Positions 1 to 8,887 of a DNA stretch of 64,000 nt are shown piece after piece. The notes beneath the pieces were generated by a model. That model saw nothing but the letters and a program-made list of their open reading frames with translations. It was not told where the DNA came from and searched no databases. Source of the stretch: Candidatus Omnitrophota bacterium (GTDB lineage Bacteria > Omnitrophota > Gorgyraeia > Duberdicusellales > 4484-171); contig JAIPHA010000003.1 in NCBI GenBank assembly GCA_021735445.1, forward strand, positions 903 to 64,902, given 5' to 3'. Position 1 is the first letter of the stretch. The number at the start of each line of letters is the position of its first letter. Both the position numbers and the translations under genes were made by a program.

Positions 1-98
1 TACTCGTTTAGAAATAAAACGAGTGATAAATTAATTTTTCTTTCTCTGTGTTCTCTGTAAAGCATGTTATTGACTGGATTTTGTGCAATTTGTGGCTT
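1..98 (+). repeat. Conserved tRNA-upstream flank, copy A (tail of a GxxExxY-type ORF reading TRLEIKRVIN-stop at 2-34, then a spacer running up to the tRNA)
   Basis: nt 1-72 are identical to 55570-55641 and nt 73-98 are about two-thirds identical to 55642-55668. Both copies end at the first base of a tRNA gene (Gly here, Arg there). Confidence 0.9.
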
Positions 99-171
99 GC
101 GGGTGTAGCTCAGCTGGTAGAGCGTCACGTTGCCAACGTGAAGGTCGGGGGTTCGAAACCCCTCGCCCGCT
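99..171 (+). tRNA. tRNA-Gly (anticodon GCC)
   Basis: Cloverleaf read by eye: acceptor GCGGGTG/CGCCCGC, D arm GCTC-AGCTGGTA-GAGC, anticodon stem TCACG/CGTGA with loop TTGCCAA, T arm GGGGG-TTCGAAA-CCCCT. No CCA is encoded. Confidence 0.95.
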
Positions 172-174
172 TTT

Positions 175-306
175 TCTGTTTTTTGATTATAAGAGGTTTT
201 GAGATAGCCGGAGGCAATTCGGGAGAGTTTTTCGGCAACAATTATTGTCCCTTCGGGACGCTTCGCCTGCGGCGAAGATTGTTTGCGAAACCCCTCGCCC
301 GCTTTT
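175..306 (+). repeat. tRNA-trailer module A: 111-nt insert (175-285) ending in a 7-bp hairpin (261-277), then a second copy of the tRNA-Gly 3' segment (286-306)
   Basis: The 21-nt exact direct repeat cgaaacccctcgcccgctttt occurs at 154-174 and 286-306. The insert is homologous to 55762-55863 downstream of tRNA-Arg (shared ttcggYaaYaRttat and gcttcgSctgcgScgaagatt blocks). Confidence 0.85.
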
Positions 307-363
307 CCATTATAAAATGGTTAATTGGTGAGTAGTTAATTAACCAATTAACTAATTAACTAA

Positions 364-840
364 TTGAATATGAATGTAGTTAACTACCTTGATAAAGACA
401 GTATCCTTTTTAGCTCTAAGCAAAGAGATAAAAAAAATATCATCTCTTTTATGCTGGATAATTTGGTGTCTTGCGGCAAAATAAACAAAAAAAATAAAAA
501 AAATATCTTAGCTACTATAATTCAAAGGGAAGAGATGGGTTCAACCGCGATAGGCGGCAATATTGCTCTTCCTCATGCCCGGATTAATTCGGTCAAAAGC
601 ATTCTTCTTTCTTTATCTATCACCAAGGAAGGGGTTGATTTTGATTCGCTTGACGAAAAACCGGTTAATATCATAGTTTTACTCCTTTCAAATAAAATGC
701 AGGCAGGCGCTCATCTTAAGGCTTTGGCCTTTTTAGCCAGGATGCTAAGAGATAATTTTTTTGTCCAGAGCTTGAAGAAAGCAAAAGACAAAGAAGAAGT
801 CTTGAGCTTATTGAACAAGCAGCAACAGGCTGTTAGTTAA
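364..840 (+). CDS. ptsN: PTS EIIA type-2 domain protein, nitrogen-regulatory PtsN-like
   Basis: GSTAIGGNIALPHARI phospho-His motif; clustered with ptsH and ptsI. The start is TTG at 364, with ATG at 370 also possible. Confidence 0.8.
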   Translation: MNMNVVNYLDKDSILFSSKQRDKKNIISFMLDNLVSCGKINKKNKKNILATIIQREEMGSTAIGGNIALPHARINSVKSILLSLSITKEGVDFDSLDEKPVNIIVLLLSNKMQAGAHLKALAFLARMLRDNFFVQSLKKAKDKEEVLSLLNKQQQAVS

Positions 841-848
841 TTTTTCCA

Positions 849-2114
849 ATGAAAAAATTCATAAAATTCATAAAATGGTTTTATCCGGGTTTACGGGTGA
901 AAAGATGGGTGAGCTTACTTTTAATTAGTTTGTTTTTTCTTGTTTTTTCCGCGGTCCGCCTTTCTTTCGATACTATTTTACTGTTAAAAATTTTTGATGT
1001 CTGCCTTCTCTTTATCTCTTTTATAGGAGTAATCGTAGGGTTTTCTTCATTGATGCATAGCTTTTTTCAAGTGGTTTACCCTCAAAACCAACGCGGGATG
1101 ATTGATCTTATCTATGAAAAAAGGTTTTTATCGAAAGGGCCCAGGATTGTCGCGATTGGAGGCGGGACCGGGCTTTCGACCCTGCTTGAGGGGCTAAAAA
1201 AATACACCGCAAATATTACCGCTATTGTTACCGTAGCTGACGAAGGAGGTTCTTCCGGCCGCCTGCGTGAAGAGTTTGGAATATTGCCTCCGGGCGATAT
1301 CAGAAATTGCCTTGTTTCTTTAGCTGAAACCCCTCAACTTATGCGTGATTTATTCCAATACCGTTTTAAAGAGGGAGAAGGGATGAAAGGCCACAGTTTT
1401 GGCAATATCTTTATTACCGCCATGACTCAGGTTAGCGGAAATTTTAAAGATGCAATCAAAGAGTCCAGTATTGTTTTAGCGATAAGAGGAAAAGTTTTGC
1501 CTTCTTCGCTTTTAAGCTTACGAATTAAAGCTGATTATTTGGATGGGACCACTATTAAAGGCGAAGACAGGATTCCTAAAAATAAAAGCAATATCAAAAA
1601 GTTATATTTAATGCCGGAAGACGCAAAATCTAATCCGGAAGCAATAGCGGCGGTTAACCAAGCCGATATAATAATTTTTGGGCCAGGCAGTTTATTTACA
1701 AGCGTAATTCCCAATCTACTGCTTAAAGATTTAGGCGATGCGATTTCCCGGCGGCAGGTGATGAAACTTTATATTTGTAATGTAATGACCCAAAAAGGAG
1801 AAACTGACGACTATACCGCATCTGACCACTTACGGCAAATTATATCTCATACCAATAAAAATATTATTAACTGTTGTTTAGTAAATTCGGGGAGGTTAAC
1901 TTCGGATTTATTATCTAAATACGCCAAGCAGAAATCATTTCCCGTTTTGTTTGACCGTAAGCGGTTAAGAGAAATGGGGATATCCGTTTATGAGGCAGAT
2001 GTAATAAACAGGACTGATTATCTAAGGCATAATCCTTATAAGACAGCCCGTGAAATAATCCGTATTTATAATAAAAGAAGGAAAAAATGGCTAGGCTTGA
2101 GAAACAAGTTTTAA
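849..2114 (+). CDS. yvcK: YvcK/CofD-like gluconeogenesis-factor family protein with an N-terminal membrane extension
   Basis: IVAIGGGTGLSTLLEGLK, VADEGGSSGRLR and PPGDIRNCL motifs. The first ~95 aa contain two hydrophobic helices that are absent from typical ~320-aa YvcK proteins. Confidence 0.85.
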   Translation: MKKFIKFIKWFYPGLRVKRWVSLLLISLFFLVFSAVRLSFDTILLLKIFDVCLLFISFIGVIVGFSSLMHSFFQVVYPQNQRGMIDLIYEKRFLSKGPRIVAIGGGTGLSTLLEGLKKYTANITAIVTVADEGGSSGRLREEFGILPPGDIRNCLVSLAETPQLMRDLFQYRFKEGEGMKGHSFGNIFITAMTQVSGNFKDAIKESSIVLAIRGKVLPSSLLSLRIKADYLDGTTIKGEDRIPKNKSNIKKLYLMPEDAKSNPEAIAAVNQADIIIFGPGSLFTSVIPNLLLKDLGDAISRRQVMKLYICNVMTQKGETDDYTASDHLRQIISHTNKNIINCCLVNSGRLTSDLLSKYAKQKSFPVLFDRKRLREMGISVYEADVINRTDYLRHNPYKTAREIIRIYNKRRKKWLGLRNKF

Positions 2115-2350
2115 TAAAACGAAAACATGGATTGCATGCAAGGCCGGCTACCTTATTTGTACAATTAGCTAACAAGTTTGATTCTTCGGTAAAAGTAAAA
2201 GCTGGCAAGGAAACCATTGACGCAAAATCGATAATAGCTATCTTAAGTTTAGGATTAAATAAGGATGCAAAGATTACTATTATAGCCGAAGGCGAAGACG
2301 CAAAAGAAGCCTTAGGGGAGTTGGCAAATTTTATCGAAGAAGAAGAATAG
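2087..2350 (+). CDS. ptsH: Phosphocarrier protein HPr
   Basis: 87 aa with KHGLHARPATLFV (His-15 region); lies directly upstream of ptsI. Confidence 0.9.
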   Translation: MARLEKQVLIKRKHGLHARPATLFVQLANKFDSSVKVKAGKETIDAKSIIAILSLGLNKDAKITIIAEGEDAKEALGELANFIEEEE

Positions 2351-2413
2351 CCGCCTAAGGCTATTTGATCCGGGTATTAATTAATTATACCTGATATTAT
2401 ACCAGGGGGTTTT

Positions 2414-4171
2414 ATGGTTAAGTATAAAGGAATTGTTGCTTCTGGAGGCGTGGGAATAGGCGAAACTTATCTGATAAGAGAAGATGAGCTTTTTGTTCCT
2501 AAGAAAAAAATAGATTATAGCAAAATATCACGGGAAATTTATAGATTTGAAGAAGCTTTAATCAAAACCCGGCGTCAAATATCAAGCATACAGGAGAAGA
2601 TATCTAAAGAAATAGGTTTTGACCATGGCAGGATCTTTGAAGCTCATTTTTTAGTTTTAGAAGATAGGATGTTAATTGAAGATGTAATAAAACAGATAAA
2701 AAATAACCGGGTAAATGTAGAATACGCTTTTTCCCAAAGCATAAAAAAATATATAGATACTCTGCTTAAGCTTAACGATGAATACCTGAGGGAAAGAGTC
2801 GTGGACATAAAAGATATTGCCCGCCGGGTGATAAAGGTGATGCTTAAGGAGAAAAGCGCGAGTTTGATAAATTTGAAAAACAAAAGAGTTATTGTCGCTC
2901 ATGACTTAACTCCTTCCCAAACAGCTGATATTCCTAAAGAAAAAGTTGTAGCCTTTATTACCGATGTAGGCGGAAGAACTTCTCATACTGCGATAATCGC
3001 AAGAAGTTTGGGTATTCCGGCTGTGGTAGGGCTTAAAAATATTTCAAAGAAGATAAATGAAAATGATAAGGTAATAGTTGACGGATTTTCCGGCACGGTA
3101 ATAGTTAAACCCAGCAAAAAAATAGTCGGTGATTATAAGAAAAAGATAGCGAAATACTCTAAAGAGATAAAAGCAGCTAAAAAACCTAAAATTGGCAAGG
3201 CAGTTACCAAAGACGGTAAGCAAATAGATGTTTCGGCAAATATAGAATTACCGGAGGAGTTGAATTTAGTTAAAAAATATGGGGCTGACGGGATCGGGCT
3301 TTACCGGACAGAGTACATTTTTTTAGGCAAAAGAAAGCTGCCCACAGAAGAAGAGCAATACAAAGCTTATTCCAATGTTGCAAAAAAAAGCAAGCCTGAA
3401 TCAGTGATAATCAGAACTATCGATATCGGCGGGGATAAATTCTTATCGCGTCCTGATGTGCCTCAAGAGATGAGCCCTTTTTTAGGCTGGAGAGCAATAA
3501 GGTTTTGTTTAGCCCGGCCGGCAATATTTAAGGCTCAAATTAGGGCAATCCTCAGGGCTTCCGCCGAAGGAAACGTTAAAATGATGTTTCCGATGATTTC
3601 CGGCGTCGAAGAACTGCTTAAGGCAAAAAAAATGGTTTCTCTTTGTAAGAAAGAGCTCTCCGGAGAAAAGAAAAAATTTGATAAGAATATTAAGATCGGA
3701 GCGATGATTGAAGTTCCTTCAGCGGCTTTAACCGCCGATGTCTTGGCAAAAGAATGCGATTTTTTTAGTATTGGCACCAATGATTTAATTCAATACTCCC
3801 TGGCTGTTGACCGGGCAAATGAAAAAGTTGCTTATTTATACGAACCAGGCCATCCAGGGGTTTTGCGGTTAATCAAAAATATTATTAACGGCGCCTATGG
3901 AGCCAAGATTTGGGTGGGGATGTGCGGAGAGATGTCTGCGGAGCCTAGCCTGGCTTTTTTACTTTTAGGATTGGGGCTTGACGAGTTCAGCATGCCGCCT
4001 CCGCAGGTATTAAAGATCAAAGAGTTGATTCAAAGAGTAACTTTTAAAGATGCTCAGGCTGCCGCGGAGAAGGCTCTGAATCTTTCTACGGCTAAAGAAA
4101 TAGAAAAATACTTAAAAGGACGGTTGAGAAAATTATTAGATAAAGATTTTTTTAACTTCCTGAATATATAG
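2414..4171 (+). CDS. ptsI: Phosphoenolpyruvate-protein phosphotransferase (Enzyme I)
   Basis: 585 aa with the GGRTSHTAIIARSLGIPAVVG active-site His region and a C-terminal PEP-utilising domain (GTNDLIQY, MCGE). Confidence 0.95.
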   Translation: MVKYKGIVASGGVGIGETYLIREDELFVPKKKIDYSKISREIYRFEEALIKTRRQISSIQEKISKEIGFDHGRIFEAHFLVLEDRMLIEDVIKQIKNNRVNVEYAFSQSIKKYIDTLLKLNDEYLRERVVDIKDIARRVIKVMLKEKSASLINLKNKRVIVAHDLTPSQTADIPKEKVVAFITDVGGRTSHTAIIARSLGIPAVVGLKNISKKINENDKVIVDGFSGTVIVKPSKKIVGDYKKKIAKYSKEIKAAKKPKIGKAVTKDGKQIDVSANIELPEELNLVKKYGADGIGLYRTEYIFLGKRKLPTEEEQYKAYSNVAKKSKPESVIIRTIDIGGDKFLSRPDVPQEMSPFLGWRAIRFCLARPAIFKAQIRAILRASAEGNVKMMFPMISGVEELLKAKKMVSLCKKELSGEKKKFDKNIKIGAMIEVPSAALTADVLAKECDFFSIGTNDLIQYSLAVDRANEKVAYLYEPGHPGVLRLIKNIINGAYGAKIWVGMCGEMSAEPSLAFLLLGLGLDEFSMPPPQVLKIKELIQRVTFKDAQAAAEKALNLSTAKEIEKYLKGRLRKLLDKDFFNFLNI

Positions 4172-4183
4172 CTGGGAGGCGGT

Positions 4184-5242
4184 ATGGAAATTGATCCTAT
4201 CAGAGAAAAAATAGACAAGATTGATGAAAAAATATTAAATAACCTCAACCAAAGGGCTAAGCAGGTTTTGAAAATATCAAATATTAAGAAAAAGAAAAAA
4301 ATAAGAAGGTATTCTCCGGAACGGGAAAGTAAGATCCTGAAAAAATTAAGCAGAATCAATAAAGGGCCTCTCGGGGCCGAAGATATAAGAAATATATTTA
4401 CTGAGATTCTTTCTGTTTCGAGGTCGCAAAAAGGCCAGCTCGATATAGCTTATCTTGGCCCGGAAGGGACCTTTACCCATTTAGCGGCCAGAAAAAAGTT
4501 TGGCAAAAAATGCCGGTATTTACCCGCAGAAGGGATATCAGACGTATTTTATGAAATAGAAAAAGGAAAAGCTGATTTTGGGGTAGTGCCTGTAGAAAAT
4601 TCTACCGAGGGAGTGGTCAACCATACTCTCGATATGTTTTTTACCTCTAATTTAAGCATTTGCGCAGAAATTACTTTAAATATTTCTCATTTTCTCCTGG
4701 GCAGGCTTAACTCTAAGATAAAAAGAGTTTATTCTAATCCACAGGTTTTTTCACAATGCAGAAGATGGCTTGCCGCCAACTTGCCTGAGGCGGAGTTAAT
4801 TTCCGCTAGTTCAACCGCGGCCGCGGCAAAAAAAGCTAAAAGTGACCGTTGGGGGGCTTGTATCGGAGGTAAGATTTTGGCTGATTTATACGGGCTAGAT
4901 TTAATAGCCAGCTCAATTGAAGATTTATCTTCTAACTATACAAGGTTTTTGATTATAGCTTCTTGTGATAGCGCTGTTTCGGGGTCTGATAAAACTTCTT
5001 TATTGTTTTCTGTAAAAGATGAGGTAGGGGCTTTATATGATGTTTTGTCTTTTTTTCGGCAGCATAATATAAATCTTACCAAAATTGAATCCCGTCCTTC
5101 TAAGAAAAAACCGTGGGAATATTATTTTTTTGTAGATTTAGAAGGCCATCGGGAATCAACCCGGCTTAAAAAATCCTTAGAAGATTTAAACAAAAAGTGT
5201 GTTTTTGTTAAAGTATTGGGTTCGTACCCTCGTGAAAAATAA
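4184..5242 (+). CDS. pheA: Bifunctional chorismate mutase / prephenate dehydratase (P-protein)
   Basis: N-terminal CM type-2 helix region, a prephenate dehydratase core (IAYLGPEGTFTH) and a C-terminal ACT domain (ESRPSKKKPWEYYFFVD). Confidence 0.9.
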   Translation: MEIDPIREKIDKIDEKILNNLNQRAKQVLKISNIKKKKKIRRYSPERESKILKKLSRINKGPLGAEDIRNIFTEILSVSRSQKGQLDIAYLGPEGTFTHLAARKKFGKKCRYLPAEGISDVFYEIEKGKADFGVVPVENSTEGVVNHTLDMFFTSNLSICAEITLNISHFLLGRLNSKIKRVYSNPQVFSQCRRWLAANLPEAELISASSTAAAAKKAKSDRWGACIGGKILADLYGLDLIASSIEDLSSNYTRFLIIASCDSAVSGSDKTSLLFSVKDEVGALYDVLSFFRQHNINLTKIESRPSKKKPWEYYFFVDLEGHRESTRLKKSLEDLNKKCVFVKVLGSYPREK

Positions 5243-5251
5243 AATAGATTT

Positions 5252-6340
5252 ATGCAATACCGGAAAGAACTAGATAAAATCAACAGTTACAAACCAGGCA
5301 AGCCCATTGAAGAATTAAGGCGGCAGAAAAAGTTAACTAAAATTTATAAATTAGCTTCTAATGAAATACCTTTTCAGCCGGCCTTTATCAAAAATGTGGT
5401 TAATAAGGAGTTAAAGAATATAAATCGTTATCCGGAAAGCACTTGTTTTTATTTAAGGGATAAGCTGGCTAAAAATTTTAAAATAAATCCGGATTCAATA
5501 GTATTTGGAAATGGTTCGGATGAAATTATTACTTTGGCTTTGAAGGCTTTTATCGATAAAAAAGATGAAGTGATAATAGCTTATCCTTCTTTTTTGGTTT
5601 ATCAAATTCAGGCAGAAATTTTCGGAGCTAAGGTAATAAAGGTACCTTTGGAAAATTATTCGTATTGTTTAGGAAAAATAGCAAAAAAAATAACAAAAAA
5701 AACCAAAATTATTTTTATTGCTAATCCGGATAACCCTACCGGAACTTATATTAACCAAGAGAAGATGGATGATTTCTTAAAAAAGGTTCCTAAAGATGTG
5801 CTTTTATTTTTTGATGAGGCTTATTTTGAGTTTGCGCCCGAAGATTTTCCAAAATCGATTGAGATTCTCACTCGGAGAAAAAATATGATAATAGCCAGAA
5901 CTTTTTCTAAGGCTTACGGCTTGGCTGGTTTAAGGATTGGTTACGGGATAACCAGCAAAAAAATAGCTCAATTACTTAATAAAGTCAGAGAACCTTTTAA
6001 TGTAAATCGTATCGCTCAAGTTTCAGCTCAAGCTGCATTGGAAAATAAAGATTTTGTGAAAAAAGTGGTTAGTTTTATCAATAAAGAAAAATCTTATCTT
6101 TATAAAAATTTAGATAGGCTGGGTGTTTTTTACCCAAAGAGCGCTACTAATTTTATTTTAGTAGATTTTAAAAAAGACACTAAGAAGCTTTATGAATATA
6201 TGCTCGACCAAGGCATAATTATAAGGGAATTAAGCGGATGGGGTTTAGGCAATTTTTTTAGGGTTACTGTAGGGACAAGGACTCAAAATAGAAAGTTTAT
6301 TAAATCTTTTGAGAATTACATAAGGAGGATCAGGAAATGA
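5252..6340 (+). CDS. hisC: Histidinol-phosphate/aromatic aminotransferase (class II)
   Basis: NPDNPTG and TFSKAYGLAGLRIGY (PLP-Lys) motifs. It sits inside an aromatic amino-acid operon, so it may serve both pathways. Confidence 0.85.
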   Translation: MQYRKELDKINSYKPGKPIEELRRQKKLTKIYKLASNEIPFQPAFIKNVVNKELKNINRYPESTCFYLRDKLAKNFKINPDSIVFGNGSDEIITLALKAFIDKKDEVIIAYPSFLVYQIQAEIFGAKVIKVPLENYSYCLGKIAKKITKKTKIIFIANPDNPTGTYINQEKMDDFLKKVPKDVLLFFDEAYFEFAPEDFPKSIEILTRRKNMIIARTFSKAYGLAGLRIGYGITSKKIAQLLNKVREPFNVNRIAQVSAQAALENKDFVKKVVSFINKEKSYLYKNLDRLGVFYPKSATNFILVDFKKDTKKLYEYMLDQGIIIRELSGWGLGNFFRVTVGTRTQNRKFIKSFENYIRRIRK

Positions 6341-7353
6341 TTATTGTTTTAAAAAAAGGCACAGAACAAAAAGACATCGATAATTTATTAAAAAAGGTAA
6401 AAAGTTTAGGGCTTAAGCCAATGGTTTCCCAAGGGCAAGAAAGGACAATTATCGGAGTAATCGGCCCGGAAGATGTGATTCGCTTTCAGCCACTTGAGGC
6501 TTATCCCGGTGTAGATAAAGTAATGCCGGTGTTGGCGCCTTATAAGCTGGTTTCCAGAGAATTTAAGCAACAAGATAGTGTAGTTAAAGTAAAGGACTCG
6601 CTTGAGTTTGGTTCAGAAAAAATAAATATTGTTGCCGGGCCCTGTTCAATTGAAACAAAGGCGCAGCTTCAAGAAATAGCCGGTAAGATTAAGGATTCGG
6701 GGGCTTCTTTGATTCGCGGAGGAGCTTTTAAGCCAAGGACTTCTCCTTATAGTTTTCAGGGTTTAGGCGAAGAAGGGTTAAAAATTTTACAGGATGTTTC
6801 CAACCAGTTTGGCATAGCAGCTGTTACCGAAGTTATGGATACAAGAGATGTCGAGCTTGTTGCCCGTTATGCGGATGTGCTCCAAATAGGCGCCCGGAAT
6901 ATGCAGAATTTTAATTTGCTAAAAGAAGTAGGCCAGACTAAAAAGCCGATTATTTTAAAAAGAGGGTTAAGCGCTACCGTAAAAGAACTTTTGATGAGCG
7001 CAGAGTATATCTTATCCGAAGGTAATTTTAACGTAATTCTCTGCGAAAGGGGAATTAGGACTTTTAGCGAATTTACCCGTAATACTTTGGATATAAGCGC
7101 TGTGCCGGTTATTAAAATGTGTTCTCATTTGCCGGTCATCGTTGACCCTTCTCATGCTGCCGGTAAGTGGGGTTTAGTTAACCCCTTAAGCAAGGCAGCC
7201 GTGGCAGCCGGAGCCGACGGGCTTTTGGTTGAGGTGCATCCTAATCCTAAAGAAGCTTTAAGTGATGGCCCTCAGCAGTTATTGCCGGAAAATTTTGCAA
7301 TTTTGATGAAGGAATTAAAGCAGGTAGCTGAATCGGTGGGAAGAGAATTATAA
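6337..7353 (+). CDS. aroF: 3-deoxy-7-phosphoheptulonate (DAHP) synthase, type I-beta, with an N-terminal ferredoxin-like regulatory domain
   Basis: 338 aa with GPCSIE, KPRTSPYSFQGLG and VDPSHA motifs; ATGA overlap with hisC. Confidence 0.88.
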   Translation: MIIVLKKGTEQKDIDNLLKKVKSLGLKPMVSQGQERTIIGVIGPEDVIRFQPLEAYPGVDKVMPVLAPYKLVSREFKQQDSVVKVKDSLEFGSEKINIVAGPCSIETKAQLQEIAGKIKDSGASLIRGGAFKPRTSPYSFQGLGEEGLKILQDVSNQFGIAAVTEVMDTRDVELVARYADVLQIGARNMQNFNLLKEVGQTKKPIILKRGLSATVKELLMSAEYILSEGNFNVILCERGIRTFSEFTRNTLDISAVPVIKMCSHLPVIVDPSHAAGKWGLVNPLSKAAVAAGADGLLVEVHPNPKEALSDGPQQLLPENFAILMKELKQVAESVGREL

Positions 7354-7402
7354 GTAATAAGTAATAAGTCATAGGTCATATGACTTATGGACTTATGACA
7401 TA
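7354..7402. repeat. Heptamer-periodic array in palindromic arrangement (gtaataa gtaataa gtcatag gtcatat / gacttat ggactta tgacata)
   Basis: The 7-nt register was read directly, with the symmetry centre at catatg near 7380. It fills the aroF-tyrA spacer. Confidence 0.75.
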
Positions 7403-7407
7403 ATGTT

Positions 7408-8244
7408 ATGGAACTTAAAAAAATTAAAAAAGTAGGTATCATCGGAGTTGGGTTTATGGGGGGTTCTCTGGCCCTAGCCCTTAAGAAAAGTTTTAGTAAC
7501 TTTGAGATTATAGGGCATGCCAGAAGCGATAAGGCATTTAGGCGCCTTAAGAAAGTTAAAGTTTTAGATAGGATAGAAAGATCCGGTAAAAAGATAGCCA
7601 AAGAGGCAGATATCTTGATTTTAGCTACTCCAGTTGGAGTCATTATTGATTTTTTAAAAAGAGCAGGCTCCTGTTTAAAAAAAGGATCAATTGTTTTTGA
7701 TTTAGGAAGCACTAAAGAGGAGATAGAAAAAGTGGCTAAGAAGAAACTTCCTAAAGGAGTTTCTTTTGTGGGTTGTCATCCTTTTTGTGGTTCGGAAAAG
7801 GAAGGAGTAGAGGAAGCCAGGGAAGACCTTTATCGAGGTTCATTGTGTTTTATTACCTCAGCCAATAGAAGTTCCTATCTGGTTGAAAGAATTTGGAAAA
7901 AAGTTGGATCTAAAGTCGTCCGGACTACTCCGGCCGGCCACGACAGAATTGTTGGTTTTGTGTCCCACCTGCCTCACCTTATTTGTTTTTCTTTAACTAA
8001 TGCGATACCAGCTAAATATCTAGAATTTAGTTCTTCAGGTTTTCGTGATTTAACCAGAATTGCATCTTCTTCTTCTGATTTGTGGGCAGATATTTTTTTA
8101 ACTAATGCAGCTAAAATGCTAAAAGATATAGATAAATACAACGAGAGTTTAAATGAATTCAGGGATTTAATCGTCAAAAGAGATAGGCAAAAATTAAAAA
8201 GGCTGATAAAAAAAGCCAATAAAAGACGGGGTAAGTTATCATGA
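7408..8244 (+). CDS. tyrA: Prephenate (arogenate) dehydrogenase
   Basis: N-terminal Rossmann VGIIGVGFMGGSLA and the GCHPFCG / SHLPH motifs of the TyrA family. Confidence 0.85.
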   Translation: MELKKIKKVGIIGVGFMGGSLALALKKSFSNFEIIGHARSDKAFRRLKKVKVLDRIERSGKKIAKEADILILATPVGVIIDFLKRAGSCLKKGSIVFDLGSTKEEIEKVAKKKLPKGVSFVGCHPFCGSEKEGVEEAREDLYRGSLCFITSANRSSYLVERIWKKVGSKVVRTTPAGHDRIVGFVSHLPHLICFSLTNAIPAKYLEFSSSGFRDLTRIASSSSDLWADIFLTNAAKMLKDIDKYNESLNEFRDLIVKRDRQKLKRLIKKANKRRGKLS

Positions 8245-8885
8245 TTGTAGCGATAGACGGGCCGGCCGGTTCCGGTAAAACTACGGTGGCTGAACAACTG
8301 GCCAAACGGTTAAGTTTTTCTTTTTTAGATACCGGAGCGACTTACCGGGTTTTAACCTATGCTGTGTTAGAGAAAGGCGTTAATCCAGAGGATGAAGAGG
8401 GGTTAACCAATCTGGCTAAGAGCCTGGATTTAAAAATAGATAATAATAAAGTATATTTAAAAGACGCAGATATCAGCAAAGAGATTCGTAAACCGCGGAT
8501 AGATAAAAATATTTCTAAGATAGTAGGGTTTAAAAGGGTGAGAGAAATTATGAATGGGCTACAGAGAAAAGAAGCTGCCGGGAAAAATTATGTTGTTGAA
8601 GGCAGAGACATAACTACAGTAGTTTTCCCGGATGCTGAATTCAAATTTTATCTTGACGCTAATCAAAAAATAAGAATTGAGAGAAGAGTCCAGCAGCTTT
8701 TAAAAGAAGGTGAAGTTGTTAACCAGCAAGAAGTTGCCGATGACTTGGTAAAAAGGGATAAGGCAGATAAGAACCGCGAAGTAGGGTCGCTTAGATTGAC
8801 CGAAGGCACTCGCTATATCGACACAACTCATCTTTTAATCCCGGAAGTAATCGAGAAATTATTTGCTATTATCAAAGAAAAATAA
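8241..8885 (+). CDS. cmk: Cytidylate kinase
   Basis: IAIDGPAGSGKTTVA P-loop and typical Cmk length (214 aa). Confidence 0.9.
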   Translation: MIVAIDGPAGSGKTTVAEQLAKRLSFSFLDTGATYRVLTYAVLEKGVNPEDEEGLTNLAKSLDLKIDNNKVYLKDADISKEIRKPRIDKNISKIVGFKRVREIMNGLQRKEAAGKNYVVEGRDITTVVFPDAEFKFYLDANQKIRIERRVQQLLKEGEVVNQQEVADDLVKRDKADKNREVGSLRLTEGTRYIDTTHLLIPEVIEKLFAIIKEK

Positions 8886-8887
8886 AA

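Noticed and set aside
48-335. 95-aa ORF from the track spanning tRNA-Gly and its trailer module
   Set aside because: It reads straight through a canonical tRNA gene and the duplicated tRNA 3' segment. There is no RBS, and the peptide repeats (…KPLARF… twice) only reflect the DNA repeat.
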